A stretch of DNA of 64,000 bases from Octopus sinensis (GCF_006345805.1 NC_043001.1:21452001-21516000), one strand, 5' to 3'. Shown: positions 24,297-37,468, counted from the first letter of the stretch. The notes: generated by a model not told the origin, from the sequence alone. Numbers and translations: made by a program.

Positions 24297-24675
24297 ATAT
24301 GACTTAACTTATTAAATAAAGTCCAACAAAGTCATTCATACTTATGTAATGGAGGAGGTTAGATGTTAAAATGGATTATAGTTTTTATTTTTCATCTTGC
24401 TTTACAGTTGTTTCATACAAATGGATTCACATATTCATAGACAGAAAATCGTAATAGTCATATTTGCACTCGTCAGTAGCTAGTTTTTCTTTTAGCTACT
24501 GACTAGTACAAATATGATTATTTCGATTTTCTATCTATGAATATCCGAGTCCATTTGTATGAAACAACTGTATAGCAACATGAAAAATAAAAATTATAAT
24601 CCATTTTAACATCTAATCTCCTCCATTACATAAATATGAATGAATTTGTTGAACTTTAACAAGTTAAGTCATATA
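24297..24675. repeat. Long imperfect palindrome (~185-bp arms)
   Basis: Arms pair around GTCAGTAGCTA-GTTTTCTTT-TAGCTACTGAC. Confidence 0.85.
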
Positions 24676-24975
24676 CAGATTATTTCTATATAAGTTTCCA
24701 TACTTATACGAATTTATATAAGAAAATTCGAAAGTAAATCATGGCATTATAAATTTAAATAAAAATTCCAATTAAAGGACGAACTTACATTCACCGATGA
24801 TATATATATATATATATATATATTATTATATTATATATAATATATATATATTATATTATATATATATATAAATTCCTGAGCGTCCAATAATACTATATTT
24901 GTTTCACGTCCTCGCGTTGTTGTGTTTTTTTTGTGCTTTCTGTTTGGATTAACTATATAGTATTATATATATTAT

Positions 24976-25012
<37 letters not shown>

Positions 25013-25013
25013 C

Positions 25014-25047
<34 letters not shown>

Positions 25048-25950
25048 GTATATATATGTAATAGGCGTAGGAGTGGCTGTGTGGTAAGTAGCTTGCTTAC
25101 TTACTACACATACATACATACAAACATATACATTATCTACACACGCATATACGTGCGTGTTTATACCTTTGTATATGCAAAGTATACGTGGCTTGGCACA
25201 AAAGTAGACCAGATTATCAAAAGTTGTGTATAGTGTGGTCAAAGCTTTAATATCAACATATATATATTTATATAATAAAAGAAGATTAAATCAATATAAA
25301 AAATGTAATGATTAATCGAGTAGCTCAGATGTTCTTTTCTCAATTTGGTTGATATTTTGTCCAATCACTTATTCAAACAACAAATGACTATGCAAACAGC
25401 TTAAGTAATTGTCTCAGATTCAATGAGATTCATTGCTTTTTTACTGTTTTGGTCTTAAACATTTTATTTATATTCAGATTTGCACCAAACCGTATTTCCA
25501 AAGAAATTACTGTATTTCAGTACAGTAATCTTTAAGTTTAGAACTATCTTTCATTAACCCTTCGCCGGTCTTGTCTATCACATGTGATGCGCAGAATACA
25601 TTTCTCTGAAAACAAGTACAGACATTTTGGACAAACTTATGAAAATGCTTTGGACAGGCAAAAGATGAAATGTAACTGCAATTGAATTTTAACTAATTAT
25701 ATTATATGTTCTTAGTATACTGACCATGGAAACCTTGACCAAGTGTCTTCTACTATAGCCTCGGGCCGACAAAAGCCTTGTGAGTAGATTTGGTAGACAT
25801 AAACTGAAAGAAGCCCGTCGTATATATGTATAAGATGAATTTTGATACACCAGGATTTGAACTAAGACCAGGGAGTCACTAAAGTAAAAATGTAAGACTA
25901 TTTTGATAAATAGTTTAGCATAAAAACACATTACTTCTTAATGCCAATTG

Positions 25951-26083
<133 letters not shown>

Positions 26084-26729
26084 TCTCTGATACACATAAT
26101 ACAATTTAGAAACAAGTCACCTTCATTGTGAAATAAGGCTGTCTGTATTACCTGAGATATAAAAGATATGCTATACGGAAGAAGGCAATGAATTGATCAA
26201 TATTCTCTTTATATTAATAATGATGGGTGTTCAAAAGATCTGATAGATAGTCTTGAAACATTTTTTTTTGGCGCATCATTTTATATTCTTTTCATTCCAC
26301 ACTGATAATATTTCCCTCTACTTTTTTAATAATATTCAATATAATAACGAATCTTGCTTTACGTCTGCTAAAAATGATCAGTACACATTCGGTTATTAGC
26401 CATTAATATGATATTGAAATAGTTACTTCTCAGACCGTAATCAACTATCTGAGCAAAATAATATTAGCAAAATATTAGCAGGTGCAAAAATGTTTATATT
26501 TGTTCAAAAAAAAAAAAAAAATAGTGTACCAATTTGGATTAATTCTATTCCACAAAAATAATCAGTTGAAATCAGTAATCAAAGTAAATACTGTTGTTGT
26601 AGTCATAACTTAAATAAATATCTTCATACTTTCTCATCAGTTTCTATACGTTTATAGATGTACTTTTGTTTTTAAATGCTCGATGTTGGAAATTGCTGAG
26701 GACATAACATAACGTGTTGGTTTAACTGT

Positions 26730-27169
26730 GGATATTTTCGGTTTGACCGGCAGTTTTTTCTTGCGGTGTCATATGAAATTGTCACCCATAATTATGACCC
26801 TAGTATCGATCTATTGCATTTCAATCTGTTTTAGGGTTAGGGTTAGTTAGGGTTAGGGTTAGGGTTAGGGTTAGAGGGGAAGGGTAACTTTTCTTCTTCA
26901 GAAATGTAAATAAACCCAATCTGTTTCTTAAACGAAGGACATATTCATACGGCACAGAATGTTTTCACCTCAATAGACGTCATTGATTGGTTGAAATTGC
27001 AGAAATTGAAGGAAAAAAACAGCAAATATCTTACAAACTATAGAATTTTCTCAATAAAGCCAAGAGAAAAAGATGTTTTATAAACACATTCTACCAGTAT
27101 ACGAAGTTTAAAAGTGTTTAGTTACGTAGAAATTATTTTAAAAAACTGCCGGTCAAACCGAAAAGATCC
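26730..27169. mobile_element. Second copy of the TTAGGG-containing MITE
   Basis: Near-identical internal sequence and TIRs to 9447-9878; TTAGGG run at ~26772-26815. Confidence 0.8.
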
Positions 27170-27519
27170 TTATCTGTTGGTTCGATTTTGTCATTACAGG
27201 GTGCATGATCCGTCTTCAGAAAAGCTACATGATCGATATTGTTTGTGCAGCCTACCGCGATCGAGCAATCTTATGTCACAGTCGACTGAACGATGAGGTG
27301 CAACCTGGTGATACGTTTTTCCCCAGTTATACTAAGCCGAGGATCATGGTGCATGACCAGACATGCAGTACGGTGTAGAAAGAGAGCCTGGCCATGTTGA
27401 ACTTTCTTCAATATCTAGCCTATTCTTGGACGCCTATAGTTTAGTTTTTGGTGATGGCCACGGCGAATGTAGGCAACACAAACTCCGTCAGAGCACGACT
27501 GTTATTGTTTCTCTTTACT

Positions 27520-27903
27520 CTTTTGCTCTCTTTTACTCTTTTACTTGTTTCAGTCATGTGACTGTGGCCATGCTGGAGCACCGCCTTTAGTCGAGCAAAT
27601 GACCCCATGACTTATTTTTTGTAGGCCTAGTACTTATTCTGTCGGTCTCTTTTGCCGAACCGCTAGATTACGGGGACGTGTCTGTGTTTGTCCCCCCCCC
27701 CCCCAACATCGCTTGACAACCGATGCTGGTGTGTTTACGTCCCCGTAACTTAGCAGTTCGGCAAAAGAGACCGATAGAATAAATACTAGGCTTACAAAGA
27801 ATAAGTCCTGGGGTCGATTTGCTCGACTAAAGGCGGTGCTCCAGCATGGCCGCAGTCAAATGACTGAAATAAGTAAAAGTGTAAAAAAAAAGAGTAAAAG
27901 AGC
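27520..27903. mobile_element. Two family-A SINE 3' halves joined head-to-head
   Basis: 27520-27680 (-) and 27680-27903 (+) are reverse complements over ~165 bp. Confidence 0.85.
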
Positions 27904-28084
27904 TAATGTATCTGTACACCATCGTCGTTGTTTCTTCCTGTTAAACCAGCTCTAGTATTTGTGATCAATCTAAGTACACTTGCAGTCGCCTTGGGGTTTT
28001 GGGTTTTTTTTTTTTTACTATATATTTTTCAACTTGTGATGTTGTATGCAGAAATGTTGTATTAACACCATGTATTTTTGTCTT

Positions 28085-28458
28085 CTGTGTCTAGAAGAGA
28101 ATTAATGCATTCGAGCTTTGGTGTTGGAGAAGACCTTTATGGATTCCATGGACAGCGAGGCTCACCAATGGAGAAGTTCATAACCAGATCAAGCCGAAAC
28201 TGTCGCTGAAAGCTAGGATCATCAAGCATAGATTGACATATTTTGGTCATATTATGCGGAGAAAATCCCTGGAGAAGAACATCATGCTCGGAATGGTCAG
28301 TGGCAAGAGAGGAAGAGACCGACCAAGAACCCGCTGGCTTGACACCAACAAGAGTGACATGGGAATGACTATAGCCAATCTGAAAGAAGCGACCCAGGAT
28401 AGAACTGGCTGGAGGACACTGATCCATCGAATAACCGAGAGTCGACTTCAACTGAGCG

Positions 28459-28459
<1 letters not shown>
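28085..28459 (+). mobile_element. RTE/BovB-like LINE 3' end with (GATA)n tail
   Basis: INAFELWCWRR..IPWTAR, YFGHIMRR..LEKNIMLG, RPRTRWLD and WRTLIHRIT; the 3' end runs directly into GATA repeats. Confidence 0.85.
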
Positions 28460-28531
<72 letters not shown>

Positions 28532-28984
28532 TGTCTATAGTATCCATATAGTGACTGAGAAGGCTAGTTGTATTTGATATTCTCTAGTGCTGCTGGGGGA
28601 TAATGGATTCATTAGGTGCTACTTGAAGTTTACAGTTGGGTAACATGGCCCTAGATACAATGTTATAAAACAAGAGGGGATTGTCATGGTCAGAATATTT
28701 TCATTATAGTTTTGCTCATTCAAAGCTCACTTGAGGTTGAACGACGTGTGGAAAATTAAAAAGTCCATAGTTATTTCTTTTCGAAAATTAAAATTTTCAT
28801 GGATAACCACAACATTGCTAAACTCCAGTAGCCTTATAAACCTCAATTACGAAACTTTAATTAAGTTAATTGCGCTCCTTTTCATTCAAGAAGATCTTAA
28901 AACTACTTCCAAAGAAATGTCATTACTTAATTGATCTTACTTTCCAACATACTCCAGCCTCTGTCATGCAGACGTACAATCTCT

Positions 28985-29018
<34 letters not shown>

Positions 29019-31680
29019 TACACACACACACTCTCTCTCTCTCTATCCCTCTCTCTCTCTTGCTCTCTATATATCTCTCTCTCTTTCTCCCTGTCTCTCT
29101 TCCCCGAACATCATCGCTCTGACAAAATGGCCTGAAGACAGAAAGTTATCGCTAACATCAAGGTGTGCTTGGCATATCCTATACTCTCCTAATTGTTTCG
29201 GCTAAAGAATTATACTAAATCCGCTGAAGAAAATTTGATAAAGGACTGTAATTTGTGTAGGCCTATAGCTAACCAAAGTGGGGAGGCGGATGTTGTCAAT
29301 AGAAAGAAAATGTCCAGGAAGGTGATAGAGGTATTAGATATGGGAGAAGTATATGACTTTATCTTTAGTTAAGATGGCGCCGATACAGCCATCGATGTCA
29401 TTGCGGTTACAAAACTCAGTGGCTGGTCTAGAAATTGGGTGAAAATTTAGGCTTGAGTATGGTCTACAAACAAACTAATATAGACAAATACATAACCAAT
29501 ATTCCAGAATTTATACATACACCAAACAGAGAGGAAATATTACATGAATACTTTCAAGCGCAGGAGTGGCTGTGTGGTAAGTAGCTTGCTTACCAACCAC
29601 ATGGTTCCGGGTTCAGTCCCACTGCGTGGCACCTTGGGCAAGTGTCTTCTACTATGGCCTCGGGCCGATCAAACCCTTGTGAGTGGATTTGGTAGACGGA
29701 AACTGAAAGAAGCCCGTCGTATATATGTATATATATATATATGTATATGTGTGTATATGTTTGTGTGTCTGTGTTTGTCCCCCCAACATCGCTTGACAAC
29801 CGATGCTGGTGTGTTTACGTCTCCGTAACTTAGCGGTTCGGCAAAAGAGACTGCTAGAATTAGTACTAGGCTTACAAAGAATAAGTCCTGGGTCGATTTG
29901 CTCGACTAAAGGCGGTGCTCCAACATGGTCACAGTCAAATGACTGAAACAAGTAAAAGAGTACAATAGAACAAACATTGCACGTACCCATGTTATACAAA
30001 GCTACACTTGGTTGTGTGGTGAAAGAATGGATTAAACATGGAACTACCGAAATTCTGTGCAGAGATTTATTATTACCGAAATACTACTACTTATAAATTC
30101 CACTCCATGCAAATACCATTTTATTCATTCAGTTTTACGATAAATTTTATGAAAAGGGATATCATTTCTAACACACAGGCATCAATTTTTCAATTGTATT
30201 GAACCTCACAAGTTTACATCTTTATATGCAAAAGACTTGTTATCTCTTGACGTCTCTGGTTCAGACTCGGATGCCACTCGTACATATTAAAACAAATATA
30301 TAAATATTTACAAATATATATAAAAAGTAAACAGACACAGTTGTGTAGATTCAAAGTAGCAGAAAATGTATAAACACGAGCCAAAGGTTGTGACAGAGAA
30401 TAATAATTACAGGATTTTATGGAGTTTCCGATAAAGATTGACCACATTATTAAAGCAAGAATACTAGATACGACTGCAGAGGACAAAGGAAAAAACAATT
30501 TAAGATCATAGATGTTGCAGTACCATTTGATAATTGCTATGTCGTACGCTCGGATGACCTCTACTCAACGCGACTCTCTACTCTCTGCTACTCTTCTCTG
30601 ACGTATAGACTTCTCCCTCTATATCTACGTATTGGGCTAGTCTACTTCATCGTCTGGGGGCGTCCACACAACAATAATACAGTGGATACCAAAGAAATTG
30701 ATAAAGTTGAGAAATAGCAGAACTTTGTCGGAGAAATGAAGATGAAGATTAAGACAACGATTATTCTTGTGGTATTTGGTATTCTTTGGTAGCACCCAAA
30801 CCGCTAAGAGGCTGAACGATATTGGAATTGTGACTCGCATGTCAATCTGCAGAAAATACAATTCTGTGTTCTGCAAGAACCTTAAGACAGAATCTGTTAA
30901 CAGGCCTCATGAAAACATCTCTTTTAACTAAGATAGCGTGTAATACTTTCGATAATAATAATGAGAGTTTCTATTAAGATGCAGTGTCAAACATTTTCCG
31001 ACAAGAGGGGAAAGTCATTATATGAAATTTCAGTTGTTGATTACGACAGGATAAAAAGTAAAGGCACAAATTAATAACAACAGCAGCAACAATATTTCTC
31101 TTCATAAGTCGTGCTAAGTGGTTTGTTTGAAGCCATAATATTAGTAATACTAAGTCATCAATGCATAGATTTAATATATATATACAATACAAAGGCGGCG
31201 AGCCAGCAGAATCGTTAGCACACCAGGCAAAATGCTTAGCAGCATTTCGTCCGTTTTTACGTTCTGAGTTCAAATTCTGCCTTTCATTCTTTCGAAGTTG
31301 AAGAAATAAGTACTAATTAAACTCTGGGGTCGATGTAATCGATTTATCCCCTCCCCTGAAATTGCTGGCCTTGTGCCAAAATTTGAAACCAATATTTACA
31401 ATACGAAGTATTGTATTTTGTTTCAGTTGGTTGAATTTTATTTTAGTTAACCTTTCTGTGAATGAACTTTGATGAAAACCAGAATTTAGTGGCAGATTAC
31501 CTCCAAGATGACATCAGTCAAAAAGAGTTTTCAGAAGCGGGTAGGTTCTTTTTTAATATATAATTTTCTTCTACATTACTTACTGATAATCATTTGTATG
31601 TTTATAAAATATTCTTAAATACTCGTACAAAAATATTTGTTTTACAACTCAATTATTGAATGGTAGGATGTTATACACAT

Positions 31681-31912
31681 GGCGGCGAGCTGGCAGAAAC
31701 GTTAGCACGCTGGGCGAAATGCGTAGCCGTATTTCGTCTGCCGTTACGTTCAGAGTTCAAATTCCGTCGAGGTCGACTTTGCCTTTCATTCTTTCGGCGA
31801 TCGATAAATTAAGTACCAGTTACGCACTGGGGTCGATATAATCGACTTAACCCCTTTGTCTGTCCTTGTTTGTCCTCTCTGTGTTTAGCCCCTTGTGGGT
31901 AGTAAAGAAATA
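31681..31912 (+). mobile_element. tRNA-derived SINE family C with Tx1-like tail and 19-bp TSD. Other copies with this tail: 11630-11853, 11918-12120, 18350-19015, 46500-46650, 49575-49990, 51465-51690
   Basis: Head GGCGGCGAGCTGGCAGAA with B box GAGTTCAAATT; tail TTAGCCCCTTGTGGGTAGTAAAGAAA; TSD GGTAGGATGTTATACACAT at 31662-31680 and 31913-31931. Confidence 0.9.
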
Positions 31913-32079
31913 GGTAGGATGTTATACACATGTGTTCTGAATTGAGAACGATATGCCGCCAGCACACCGCTGAATAATAGCTGCAGAGCCTACCAACTGG
32001 CCTTTAGACATGTTTACATTACAGTTAGAATAACTTTGTTTTCTTATTTTACATTCATTTTTATAATGTTTTAAAAACT

Positions 32080-33800
32080 GAATACATGAGATTTTGGAAA
32101 TGTTGAAAGAATGGTTACTTTATTAACTGCTAAAGGTGTACTTCATATTCCCGAAGAAGATAAGGATAATCTGGCAGATGATGAAGCTAAAGATTCCTAA
32201 GATGATTCAGCTAATCAAATAAATAGATTAGGATGAGGATTATTGATAACTCAATGCAGTTTTGTAACCAAAGAAAGGAACGTAGATGTAGATGAAGAAA
32301 CTTTAAATACGCCCAAATCTTCTGTTAGTCAGCTTTAAACAAAACGCAAAATACACAAATACATACAAATCTAAAATTGGGAAAAATTGTTCCGAAATTT
32401 GATATCAATGTATACAACACTGTTTCGAAAACACTACTCTTTTACTCTTTTACTTGTTTCAGTCATTTGACTGCGGCCATGCTGGAGCACCGCCTTTAGT
32501 CGAATCAGATCGACCGCAGGACTTATTCTTTGTAAGCCTAGTACTTATTCTATCGGTCTCTTTTGCCGAACCGCTATGTTATGGGGACCTAAATACACCA
32601 GCATTGGTTGTCAAGCGATGTTGAGGGGACAAACACAGATACACAACATTTACACACACAAACACACACACACACATATATATATACATATATACGACGG
32701 GCTTCTTTCAGTTTCCGTCTACCAAATCCACTCACAAGGCTTTGGTCGGGCCGAGGCTATAGTAGAAGACACTTTCCCAAGGTGCCACGCAGTGGGACTG
32801 AACCCGGAACCCTGTGGTTCGTAAGCAAGCTACTTACCACACAGCCACTCCTACGCCTATAATTTATCATGTTAAACCAGAATTTATCATGTTAAATGAA
32901 TTAGAGGCAGAAATTTTCAAACTTCTATTTGATAAAACATTCTCCCAGAATATAGTTTATCAAACTAGTCTTTATGTTCATCAGAAAATACCATTTTAAT
33001 TATATCTCACATTGAAATGTGATTAATTGCTAGTGTGTGTGTGTGTGTGGGGGGGCTTTGTTCTCTGGATTTGCTAAATTTCTACATAAAAGGGCCTACT
33101 GTTCGCTCGAGAAAGACACCTGTTATGCTCTCAAGTGCCATCCGATGTAATCGTTTTGAAGATGTTCAGTATCGTATTAATTTGAGTGAATGTGTAAACG
33201 TTGGTGCTGCAGACAGATTGCTCGAGATACAAACAATTTGACGTCACTCACTGAAAAATTTTCCAGAACATATTTCTATCAATGAAGTTATGAGCCCTAA
33301 TTTTTTATGTCACTTTACCAAGCAACACATCAAAGAGAAGAGCATTAGGTTTGGGTTCAATAATTGGATTATTGCCCTGCTACTGAATATAGGTTTGTTT
33401 TCTATGTATATGTGGGGAAATCATCAACAGCTATCAAAATCATTGAAATCAGTCAAGGTACAGGAGGATAAACTGTTGTGAATTTGGTGAAAAAAATAGT
33501 TGTGCCAATAAAATTTGGATACAAAGTGTATTCTGATAATTATTTCGTGTCCCAGGATGTTTCCGACTATTTATTAGAAAAGGACATTTCTAGTTCATGA
33601 GCTATACGAGACGGTAGGCTTCCGAATTGTCCTTTATTGAAGACTGTAGCATTCAAAAAGAAGGCAAGAGGAAGAAAAATAGTTGCTTCGACAACCATCG
33701 TATTTGTGATGAAATGCAAGGACAATAATGTGCTCACCTTAGCAACAAACTACGTTTATCAACTATTGACTTAAATAGTTGGATATTTAAGGTCTTAAAA
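32080..33800 (+). mobile_element. Degraded piggyBac-like transposase remnant, split by a SINE
   Basis: Acidic N-terminus, RCNRFEDV, EHISINEVM..KQHIKEKSIRFGFNNW (piggyBac SIDE..KQ..GKP.RFG.K.W type) and YKVYSDNYF. Confidence 0.7.
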
Positions 33801-34195
33801 TGGGGTGGACATTCTGTAACTAAAATTCTATCAATACTGAAACATTGAAAATTTAGATTCTGTTGTAAAAACAAGGTAATTATTCCGCATAAAAAATTTG
33901 ATTGACAAATATGAAAATTAAACTTTTATGCATTAGTGGGACGTCAAATATTTTGTTAAGTCATTTCAACAACCAAGCAGCAGAAAAACTTAAACAATTT
34001 TTTTGTATAATTAAATGCAATTAATTCTAAGGTTGCTTATTTTGAATAACTGGAATCATAATGTAAAATTTAATTTAAAACAGTATTAATTTTTAAAATA
34101 TTTTTAAAAATTAAAAAAATTTTAAATTTCAAAAATATATACTGTTGCGACGTCACAGGTGCCAAGCTGTATCTGCTGTTGCCTTTCCCTTGGAT

Positions 34196-34619
34196 AAGCT
34201 TTACCGGATGTATACAGGTAAAGATGTGTGTGGGCGGCGAACGTAAAAGTTTTCGTCTTACCTTTAGGAAGAACGCCGGATAAATTGACAACCTAGAATG
34301 GATAACCTAGTACACCAGTCTCGGACTTTACAGAATACGTTTGTTATCGTAAATCTGGTTATTCTTCTTCAGCTAGGTTGACCGAAGACGAATTTTAAAA
34401 CATCCGCTACATCAATGCCAGTATATTCGGCCATAAGCAGAACCGAGATCAGTCAAAAAGTTTTACGATAACAAACGTATTCTGTAAAGTCCGAAACTCG
34501 AGTACTAGGTTATCCATTCTAGGTTGTCCATTTATCCGGCGTTCTTCCAAGAAGTTAGACGAAAACTCTTACGTTCTCCGCCCACACACATCTTTGCCTG
34601 TATATATTCAGTGAAGCTT
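34196..34619. repeat. Inverted repeat (~155-bp arms, ~110-bp spacer) carrying hammerhead-like motifs; probably Penelope-derived
   Basis: Arms at 34196-34353 and 34461-34619; see findings. Confidence 0.8.
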
Positions 34620-34974
34620 TACATAGCGTCGTAGGGTTACCGTCTGCTATTTCCAGCAAACATTGGTGCCTTGTTGTGCCACTATTTCCTATTTATAATT
34701 CTACCTTTACAGTGCTTTATTTAGCTGGAAAATAATACTATTCTATTGCAATAATATTTATAATTTATATATATGCGAGTAAGTAAAGAAAACATTCGGT
34801 TGTTGTTCTATGTTTTTAATAACGTCATGAATTTCTTTAAAACTTCCCACTCTGCCTTCGAGCATCTAATGCGGTTGATGCGTTTTGCACGTTCACGAAA
34901 TTTCCACATTCAACATTACCTCGGGGGGAACTTTCTAGGCACAATCCAAAGTCATTCCTAACCGAAGGGGGTCT

Positions 34975-34975
34975 A

Positions 34976-35064
<89 letters not shown>

Positions 35065-35199
35065 GCATGTAAGTATGTATGCATGTATGTATGTATGTAC
35101 GCATGTATGTATGTATGTATGTATGTATGTATGTATGTATGTATGTATGTATGTATGTATGTATGTATGTATATGTATGTATATATATATATATATATA

Positions 35200-35240
<41 letters not shown>

Positions 35241-35262
35241 CTAAGTGTGTATATATAAATAA

Positions 35263-35330
<68 letters not shown>
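34975..35330. repeat. (TATC)n-(TATG)n-(TA)n microsatellite
   Basis: Seen directly in sequence. Confidence 0.97.
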
Positions 35331-35332
<2 letters not shown>

Positions 35333-35385
35333 CGGAGATGTACTTGCATAGCAAATGACCTGATCTGAGATCGTGTGCTGGAATA

Positions 35386-35591
35386 AAAACAATTGCAGCA
35401 TGGAAGGTGTTTATAAGCCATTTAAGAAACACACAAAATCCGTTAGATTCACTTCAACATTTAAATTTAATTTGTCAAAATATTTTCGTCACTTTGAGAC
35501 CGAGACCTGTTGTTCACTGACAAAATTCCGTGCTGCGGATTTTGTGTGTTGCTTAAATGGCTTATAAACACCTTCCACGCTGCAATTGTTT
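35386..35591. repeat. Inverted repeat (~56-bp arms)
   Basis: AAACAATTGCAGCATGGAAGG...AAATCCG pairs with CGGATTTT...GCTGCAATTGTTT. Confidence 0.85.
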
Positions 35592-36121
35592 ATATATATT
35601 GTTTGCATTATAAGATTCTTTTATGCATTTTAGGAGACTGCGAAAGATAGTCGTTTTATCAGTAGAATTCGAAGTAGATAAAGCAATGAATAATAGTATG
35701 TAGATTATTGGGTTTTTAAAAGAATCAGTTGGAGTGAAACAAGATGATGATTGCATGTGGGACACGAACTTAGCTATTCTGTGAACATGACAAATATGCT
35801 GTGTATATAAATTACACTGGGCGCAACAAATAATCCAATGAAATTGGTGTAAAAACCGTTCAAGTATTCTTCTGAAAACTTACACAAACATTGCAAAAGA
35901 GAGCAGTCAATTAAATGAATGTTACTCTCTACGTCAAAAACTATATGAAGTCTATATAAAGCTACCAAAACAATAACTAGATCAAAGGCTTAGTCGGTTT
36001 TTCAATAGAAATAAAAACATTATTAAAATATCTTAAACATTTAAAGAAAGTTAGGGTATATTGAAGGGGGAGAAATCTATTTTTTTGTCTGGTTCAACAC
36101 CCCAAAATAATCCTTGCCTAC

Positions 36122-36249
36122 CCTTTCCAGAGATCTCTTTATCACAAGCATTTGGGCTCTGTCTGCAGTTTGATAACTTCCCTTCTTCCTACTGTTCTCC
36201 TGTCTCGGAGGTGATGAAATGTTCATAGGTGTTGCTCTTCTTTCTCTGA
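36122..36249 (-). CDS. Candidate exon (RERRATPMNISSPPRQENSRKKGSYQTADRAQMLVIKRSLER)
   Basis: Acceptor CTTTTAATTGTTTAG, donor AGG|GTAGGC, 128 nt, single open frame, phase 1-0. Confidence 0.4.
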
Positions 36250-36847
36250 CTAAACAATTAAAAGTAACAAAAAGTGGCCTCACACAGAACCCAACGTATA
36301 ACATGGACAGCTAAAACGTCTTACTTTGAAACCAGTTTTCTCTGTAGTATAGAGAGAAAATTGAATCAAATCCTTAGACACTAACGTGAAATGGGAAACC
36401 TGTCTACGTAAAATAAATCCTCATTCTGTAATATCCATAACTGAAGGCATATCGCAGAAAAGGCCTTTAAATTTTTGTTTCTCTTTTATATTTTTCCATG
36501 CACTTACTTAACATCACTTGCATAGTGTCTATCAAAGTTTTTCTCACAAATGAGAGCAAATAAGAGCATAATACAGACATCTAGGGTTTGGAAAACTACC
36601 GTCTGCAAGAAAGGAAACTTTTGGACACGGAGAAGACAGTAATTACTCAAAGAATGCAATAATAAAAAAGATTATATTTGAACGGATCACGAAGCAAAAT
36701 GTTTATTACGCGGTTGTACATTATTCTAAATTATAAATTACTCTGTAACAGACAATTACACACACACACACACACACACATACATACATACACACATACA
36801 TAATACATACATATATAATTATATATATATATTATATATATATTATA

Positions 36848-36878
<31 letters not shown>

Positions 36879-37468
36879 TATATATATATATATAGATATA
36901 TATATATATATTATATATATAGTAGAAATATTGTTACAAAAAGAAAATATAAAATACACGTGGAAATGTAAGGGTAAAATATTAAAAAATCAACGAAAAT
37001 GCATATTGCAAATAAAAAAAATATATATAGTTCAACAGATGAATCCCCAGGGGCTCTCCGTATAGAAGACACTTAGTAGCCCTCAAACGATTCAAACTTA
37101 GACTCCGATGTCTTTAAGAGGGACCAATTCTGTGGGATAAATAATGGTTATAAGAAGGGACAAGCTGAGCAGATATCGAAGCAATTAAGCGATAAAACAA
37201 ATTAAATATATTAAATATAACAACTTGGGTATGTTATACAACATATATATATATATATATATATAGTTAATCCAAACATGAAGACACAAAGAGAAAACAC
37301 AACAACGCGAGGACGTGGAGCAAGTATAGTGTTATTGGACACTCAGGAAAGGAAAGAAAGAAGGATGATTTAACGTTTCTTCGTCAGAAACATAGGAAAC
37401 GGAAAGATCCAGAGAAGGGAAGACGGAGGAAAAAAATCGTCAACGGTACACACGTGGTCACATTTTGA

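Noticed and set aside
27190-27490. EVQPGDTFFP as an RT QGD motif
   Set aside because: Too degenerate to assign.
29120-29150. CTGAAGA-CA-GAAA motif
   Set aside because: No stem II or stem III, so likely chance.
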